From IMG/VR virus record IMGVR_UViG_2602041664_000001, positions 1 through 64,000 of that record: 64,000 nucleotides of DNA; one strand, 5' to 3'. The position numbers and the translations under genes are program-made. Below, piece by piece: positions 58,679 to 64,000 of the stretch (positions are counted from its first letter, which is position 1; every line of letters begins with the position of its first letter). The notes beneath the pieces were generated by a model, which searched no databases, was not told where the DNA came from, and saw only the letters and a list, made by a program, of their open reading frames with translations. Source of the stretch: a virus (taxonomy: Duplodnaviria; Caudoviricetes).

Positions 58679-61600
58679 ATGGCGATAGAGAAGTTATACT
58701 TAGAACACAAACAGACAGGCGGACGACTGACCGCTGAGGAGTTTAACAAATTGCCTGAAAAGGTCAACGAGTTAATCGACGCACAGAACTCCGAGGAGGA
58801 ACGTGTGAAGAAGACGATTGCAAAGAATCGTCCTACGCTTGGGCAACTCTCAAACGTGAATAGCGAGACAGACGAACTCACATCCGAGACGTGTGTACTC
58901 GTATGGAATGGCGACGAGTGGGGCCCTATGAAGCTGTCTGAACTTAATATTGGGCAAGGTGGCGGAGGACAACAGCAATCTATTCTCTATTATCTCCGTG
59001 CCATCAATCAGTCGCCTTCTACTACGCTATCGGCCTCTAAGTCAGCAGGTGAGTGTGCTATTCGATTTATGTTCGTGTCACGCACTAAGGATTTTGGGCA
59101 GGCTGATTATGTTGACTCTGGCGAATGGGGAACGTACGAAATATTCGCCAAAGCAGGTGATGGTACTTTCGTCAGTAAGGCTCGTGGTCGCTGTCAGTCG
59201 AACACAGTTACGACTGTTGATGTATTCAAGTTCCTTGAGAGCGGACAAAATAACATCATGGTAAAGATTACAGGTGAGGTGACAGGACAAACCTCTCCTG
59301 CGTTAGTCTATTCAATCACACTGTCTGCCCTCTTCCTTTCTATTTCTGAGTTTAACTGGTGGAAGGCTTATCAAGGCGACATTGTCTTGCCGTGTTACAT
59401 TAGCGGTAACATCTCTAAGACGCTTCATGTGAAGATAACAGGTGAAGGCTACGAGCAGACGTATGAGCGTCAGTTCGGTACTGCAACTTACACATCTTCC
59501 CCTGTCGCTTACACCGTGCCATTTACGAATAAGACTGGTATCTTCCATCTCTCTGCTTGGCTATCAAATGAAGACAACACCGTGCAAACTACGCCAGTAG
59601 GCTACGACTTTATGGCGGTAGCTAATAACGAGGCTGTGAAGATGGTCGTTGTTAATAATAAGGCAGAGAAACTGCTGAACTGGTATGAAAATAAGGTGTT
59701 GGAGTACGCTGTATATGACGGCAAGGCTGTTACGACACCGCTGTCAATCCTGATGAAGAAGGATAACGAGGTCCTTCAAGAGAATGTTTCTGAGAATACT
59801 CTGACACAAACAAAGATGCAATACACCCTTTCGCTTGAGGTTGAGACTATAGACAACTCCGACTTTACAGCGTTAATTGGGTTCAAAACTCACCCAACTG
59901 ACGAGGTGCGTTTGCGTGACGCTATTCCTTTCCCAGTGGATAACTCGCAAGGTTACTCTGCAACAGCTGGAGCGGTATTCTATTTGAATGCTAAGAACAG
60001 AAACAACACCGACACCGACCGTAATATCCTCCGTAATCTCATCAATACCGAGCATATCGGTGCTGAGTGGCAGAGCGTTGCCTTCTCACGTGACGGCTGG
60101 GTGACGGACGATGAGGGTGCACGCACATTGCGACTGCTCGCTGGTTCTCGATTGACAATAGATTACAAGCCATTTGAGAAGGAAGCTGCTCAAAGCGGTA
60201 AGACTATCGAGATAGACTATCAGATTAATAACACCTCTGATTACGATGCTGAGTGTATCTCTATTGCAATGCCTTATCAGAAGGGTTATATCGGATTGAA
60301 GGTGAAGCCTTCTTCTATTATGTTCGCAACTCGTAGCGAGCGTAATCCTGATGTGCAGGCAATGAGCACAGATGATGGTGTGCGTATTCGCCTGGCACTC
60401 GTGATTAGTCCTAAGAAGTACACTTATGTACTGAATGGAAACACGTATTACCTTAACCTCGTCTATCTCTATATTGACGGCATTGAAGCTCGTAAGTTCG
60501 CCTACTTGCTTACCGATTCTATGCAGATAGGTTCAGGCGGTGGTATCGTTATAGGATCTGATAAGGCTGATGTCGATTTGTACTCTATTCGCATTTATGA
60601 CAGTGCAATGGACGCAGCTAATGTTCATCAAGATTATATCAATGCTCTTGCAACCGTAGGAGAGAAGAGTGCCGAGAAATTGGATAATGACATCTACGAC
60701 ACGCTCGGTACCACAGTCGACTTTGACAAGGTCCGTGGCAAGGTGAACGTATTTACATTTGATAAGCCACTCCCAGCGTATGAGTATGGTAAATCATATA
60801 GACCTAAAGGCACGCTTGAGATATATCCGAAAGATGGTAATACCAACCTTAACCGCTTGACAATTACCAACCTTCAATTACAAGGTCAAGGTACATCTTC
60901 TATGCTTTACTATCTTTGGAATTGGAAAGCAAAAGTAGCTAAGGATACTACTATTGTATATGAGGATGGTCAGACAGCGCAGAAGAAGTTTGAATTATTC
61001 AAGAACCTGCCTAAAATCTCTAAGCTGACAGCAAAGAAAAACATCGCTTCTTCTATGCAATATCACAAGTTAGGTTCTGTGAACTCATATACCGACCTAT
61101 GGAAGGCGGTAGGATTAACTAACGAGGGTATCGAGCAGGATAGCGAAGCACGAGTGTCTATTTACCAAGAGACATTCGTTGGCTTTGAGAAACAGACAGC
61201 AGAAGACGGTACTGTTACGTACAAGTTTGTCGGTCTGTTTACACTCGGTCCAGACAAAGGAGATTCTGCAACCTTCGGATATGATAAGGACCTTTTCCCC
61301 GACCTCTTATCTATTGAAGGCTCTGATAACTCTCCACGCTTGACGCTCTTTCAAGTACCTTGGGACAAAAGGCGCATCCGCTACAATGCGGAGGAAGAAG
61401 CATACCAGTACCAAGTCTCTGAACTCTCTTGGGAGAATTGCTGGGATTTGGACTATGCCGACCTCCCAGCGGATGATAAGTCAACAGCAGATGATGAGAC
61501 CCGCCAGCGAGCAGAGCAGCTCGTTGAATCGTATATCACTGCTTATAACATCGTATATCAGTGCAATACTTTCATTGAGCCTTTCAATGGTACACTTGAC

Positions 61601-61987
61601 GAACTAAATGCTGACCCTCATTCAACACACATTGAGTATTGGATTGCAAAGGCTGGTGATCCAAACCAATACAACCTATATTATTACGACTCGCTTTACA
61701 AGAAGTTCTGCCCGTCGACACTCGATAGCGGTGTATCGGTGGTTAATCTTCGACAGCAGTTAGTCGGAGATAAGTACGGATTGACTGAGACGATATTTAG
61801 CTCAGTTAGTGACGCAGCCCAGCTCAATGAGTTATTCAAGTCTGCACGTATTCAGAAGTTCCGTGCTGAGCAATCCCAATACTGGGACATCACAGATACC
61901 TTATATCATCAACTATATGTTGAAGCGGTGGCAGCGACCGATAACTGCGCAAAGAATACTTATCCTTATTGTTTTAACGAAGAATAA
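58679..61987 (+). CDS. Large tail-associated protein (LamG-like plus CotH-like region), N-terminal part
   Basis: LYIDG...IVIGS...DLYSIRIYD; QGTSS..Y...NWK; DNCAKNTY at the extreme C-terminus. Confidence 0.65.
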   Translation: MAIEKLYLEHKQTGGRLTAEEFNKLPEKVNELIDAQNSEEERVKKTIAKNRPTLGQLSNVNSETDELTSETCVLVWNGDEWGPMKLSELNIGQGGGGQQQSILYYLRAINQSPSTTLSASKSAGECAIRFMFVSRTKDFGQADYVDSGEWGTYEIFAKAGDGTFVSKARGRCQSNTVTTVDVFKFLESGQNNIMVKITGEVTGQTSPALVYSITLSALFLSISEFNWWKAYQGDIVLPCYISGNISKTLHVKITGEGYEQTYERQFGTATYTSSPVAYTVPFTNKTGIFHLSAWLSNEDNTVQTTPVGYDFMAVANNEAVKMVVVNNKAEKLLNWYENKVLEYAVYDGKAVTTPLSILMKKDNEVLQENVSENTLTQTKMQYTLSLEVETIDNSDFTALIGFKTHPTDEVRLRDAIPFPVDNSQGYSATAGAVFYLNAKNRNNTDTDRNILRNLINTEHIGAEWQSVAFSRDGWVTDDEGARTLRLLAGSRLTIDYKPFEKEAAQSGKTIEIDYQINNTSDYDAECISIAMPYQKGYIGLKVKPSSIMFATRSERNPDVQAMSTDDGVRIRLALVISPKKYTYVLNGNTYYLNLVYLYIDGIEARKFAYLLTDSMQIGSGGGIVIGSDKADVDLYSIRIYDSAMDAANVHQDYINALATVGEKSAEKLDNDIYDTLGTTVDFDKVRGKVNVFTFDKPLPAYEYGKSYRPKGTLEIYPKDGNTNLNRLTITNLQLQGQGTSSMLYYLWNWKAKVAKDTTIVYEDGQTAQKKFELFKNLPKISKLTAKKNIASSMQYHKLGSVNSYTDLWKAVGLTNEGIEQDSEARVSIYQETFVGFEKQTAEDGTVTYKFVGLFTLGPDKGDSATFGYDKDLFPDLLSIEGSDNSPRLTLFQVPWDKRRIRYNAEEEAYQYQVSELSWENCWDLDYADLPADDKSTADDETRQRAEQLVESYITAYNIVYQCNTFIEPFNGTLDELNADPHSTHIEYWIAKAGDPNQYNLYYYDSLYKKFCPSTLDSGVSVVNLRQQLVGDKYGLTETIFSSVSDAAQLNELFKSARIQKFRAEQSQYWDITDTLYHQLYVEAVAATDNCAKNTYPYCFNEE

Positions 61988-61989
61988 AT

Positions 61990-64000
61990 ATGGCAAAAAG
62001 CAAATGGAAATTCAGACAAGATGACCTCGATACTATCTTCACGGTCATTAACCAAGGATTGATGAAGAAACCCTACTCGGTGGAATATCACGATACATAC
62101 GATGATGGTACACCTGTTTGGAACGGTGAGAAATCCGTACTATGGAATCTTATGGAGCAGGCATATCCCGAAGAGCGTGCGCAGATGATGCGCAGAATGC
62201 TTGCGAAGATGGAGGAACTCGGAGGGTTGCAGAAAGGATCACACCAGCAGAAGCTCTTTGCATTCTTTGCTAAGTACTATTTTTCTGTGATTGATAAATT
62301 CTCATCTATGCTCTACAATGAAGATGGCAAGCTATATGAGAAGATGAAGCTCGCTATGCTACAGGGAACATACACGAACGATACCGACCCACTCGGTCAG
62401 TCGCTCGGTGATGGGCAATCACCCGAGGTTGCGTGGGTAAAGAAGCGCATTCAATACCTTATGTCTAAGTATTCCTTCGGAGATTATGATGCCAAGACTG
62501 CTGAAGGTGCGATTACTGTTCGTACATCAGCACAGGCGGATGCAACAACTAACTCTATTACCTTACGTTTGACACCTGCAATGAAATTGTACCCTACTAT
62601 TGCGTACGGTACCACAATTATGCGTGGTGCTCGCACAGATGCAGGTAAGCCTTGTGAGATAGTTGTCGATATCAACGGCACGTCCGACCAGCAGCTATCA
62701 GTTAAATCAGCAGACTACCTGCTCGATATTGGCGATTGGTCATCATACGTCATTAATGGTGCGCTCTCTATCATTGGTAAGCGACTCAAGCGATTGAAGC
62801 TCGGTGATGAGAAAGAACAGAAGGTGAAGATACTAATATCTTCGCTCACGCTCGGCAATACAACATCCTTAGAGGAGATAGATATTCAGAACATATCTAC
62901 CCTCGGAGGTGCGCTCGATATGCGTGGGAACTTCCGCTTGCGTAAGTTCCTCGCTGGTGGTTCCTCGCTCACCGAAGCACACTTTGCAGATGGTGCTGCA
63001 CTCGAGGAGGTCGACTATCCAGCTACGACATCATACGTGGAATTAAAGAACCTCGATAAACTCACGAACGAGCACTGCGACACAGAAGCGTGCGCTCCTA
63101 ATGTAATGAGTTACTTTGTTAGCGGGTGTGACAATCTCCAGCCGATTAAAATGCTCATTGGAATAATGGATGCACAGGTTGGGCAAGTTCCTCATGCTCT
63201 GCGTTACGTGCGCTGTGTCGGTTTCAATGAGACTTTCACGGACGGACGAGCATTCGATAAACTCTCCCAGTTAGTCGATGGAACATATCAAGGAATCGAT
63301 GCAGAGGGTCAGTACGGCAACGACCCCTACCCAGTTCTCGACGGCACTATCAATCTCTCCACAGGTGCATATCGTGATACCTACGATGCACTTATGACGC
63401 ACTATCCTAAGCTCAAGCTGAACATCGCTAAGTGGTGGATTCGCTTCGAAGACCCAGAGGTGAAGCGAATCTGTGTTGAGAATTGGGACAAAGACGGTGA
63501 TGGCGAGCTCTCTATGGAGGAAGCCGCTTCAGTTAGTTCCATCGGGACTATCTTTAGGGGTAACATAAAGATTAAAGACTTCTCCGCATTCACTTTTTTC
63601 ACAGAAATAAAGGGAAACGAAGGGGGTATTTTTGATGGATGTAAGAATCTTGAAAAAATAGCAATACCTACGGGATATACACTACAACATACGATGTTCT
63701 CTAATTGTATTCGTCTAAAAGAAGTAATCTTTCCAGTCAACATGAAGTCTTCACCAGTCTTATACGAGACCTTTTCACACTGTATAGCACTCAAAGTTCT
63801 TGATTTCCCTGAGACGTTTACAGGCATCATTAACTCAGGAACCTTCAGAGGTGTTACTGCTATACTTATATTCAGGGCGCAGACTGTTGTGAAATTCGAA
63901 CGATATGCAGGTTGGCCATTTTTTTACAAAGGCAACAACATCTATGTACCTGATAGTTTGGTAGAGAAATATAAGATTACTGACGGCTGGAATGATAAAT
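61990..64000 (+). CDS. Tail-associated protein, C-terminal part with BspA-type leucine-rich repeats (runs off window)
   Basis: Frame open from ATG 61990 (MAKSKWKFRQDDLDTIF); includes IRFEDPEVKRICVENWDKDGDGELS, FDGCKNLEKIAIP and IYVPDSLVEKYK. Confidence 0.8.
   Translation, partial: MAKSKWKFRQDDLDTIFTVINQGLMKKPYSVEYHDTYDDGTPVWNGEKSVLWNLMEQAYPEERAQMMRRMLAKMEELGGLQKGSHQQKLFAFFAKYYFSVIDKFSSMLYNEDGKLYEKMKLAMLQGTYTNDTDPLGQSLGDGQSPEVAWVKKRIQYLMSKYSFGDYDAKTAEGAITVRTSAQADATTNSITLRLTPAMKLYPTIAYGTTIMRGARTDAGKPCEIVVDINGTSDQQLSVKSADYLLDIGDWSSYVINGALSIIGKRLKRLKLGDEKEQKVKILISSLTLGNTTSLEEIDIQNISTLGGALDMRGNFRLRKFLAGGSSLTEAHFADGAALEEVDYPATTSYVELKNLDKLTNEHCDTEACAPNVMSYFVSGCDNLQPIKMLIGIMDAQVGQVPHALRYVRCVGFNETFTDGRAFDKLSQLVDGTYQGIDAEGQYGNDPYPVLDGTINLSTGAYRDTYDALMTHYPKLKLNIAKWWIRFEDPEVKRICVENWDKDGDGELSMEEAASVSSIGTIFRGNIKIKDFSAFTFFTEIKGNEGGIFDGCKNLEKIAIPTGYTLQHTMFSNCIRLKEVIFPVNMKSSPVLYETFSHCIALKVLDFPETFTGIINSGTFRGVTAILIFRAQTVVKFERYAGWPFFYKGNNIYVPDSLVEKYKITDGWNDK

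Noticed and set aside
53705-64000. Diversity-generating retroelement targeting tail fibres
   Set aside because: No reverse transcriptase and no template/variable repeat pair seen in the window

Overview
This window is most of a temperate Bacteroidetes (Prevotella-like) siphophage genome, probably a phage-plasmid. It has a Rep_3-type initiator with iteron-like repeats at the left edge, and no integrase is visible. It carries a tape measure gene, a repressor/Cro-like switch and replication genes (primase-helicase, SSB-like protein, beta clamp, VirE-N/PriCT-2 protein). Accessory genes include ThyX, MazG, a PAPS-reductase-family gene, two adenine MTases and two HU-like genes. Structural and lysis genes cover head, packaging and tail, a holin/M15 endolysin/spanin cassette, and a split tail-fibre gene ending in BspA-type LRRs that runs off the window. 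The most striking feature is at 20312-23045: a circularly permuted C5 cytosine methyltransferase (IX-X-I-IV-VI-VIII) flanked by nine tiny, overlapping ORFs. Each resembles one target-recognition domain (TRD), and one is out of frame at a G9 tract. Other signals: 11 copies of a (T/A)GTCC-N22-TAnnTTTG promoter, five arrays of 22/23-bp-periodic palindromes, a tRNA-like RNA, an ACP-like gene in the tail module and a direct-repeat-flanked PAPS reductase cassette. All calls come from motif recognition by eye; no database searches were run.
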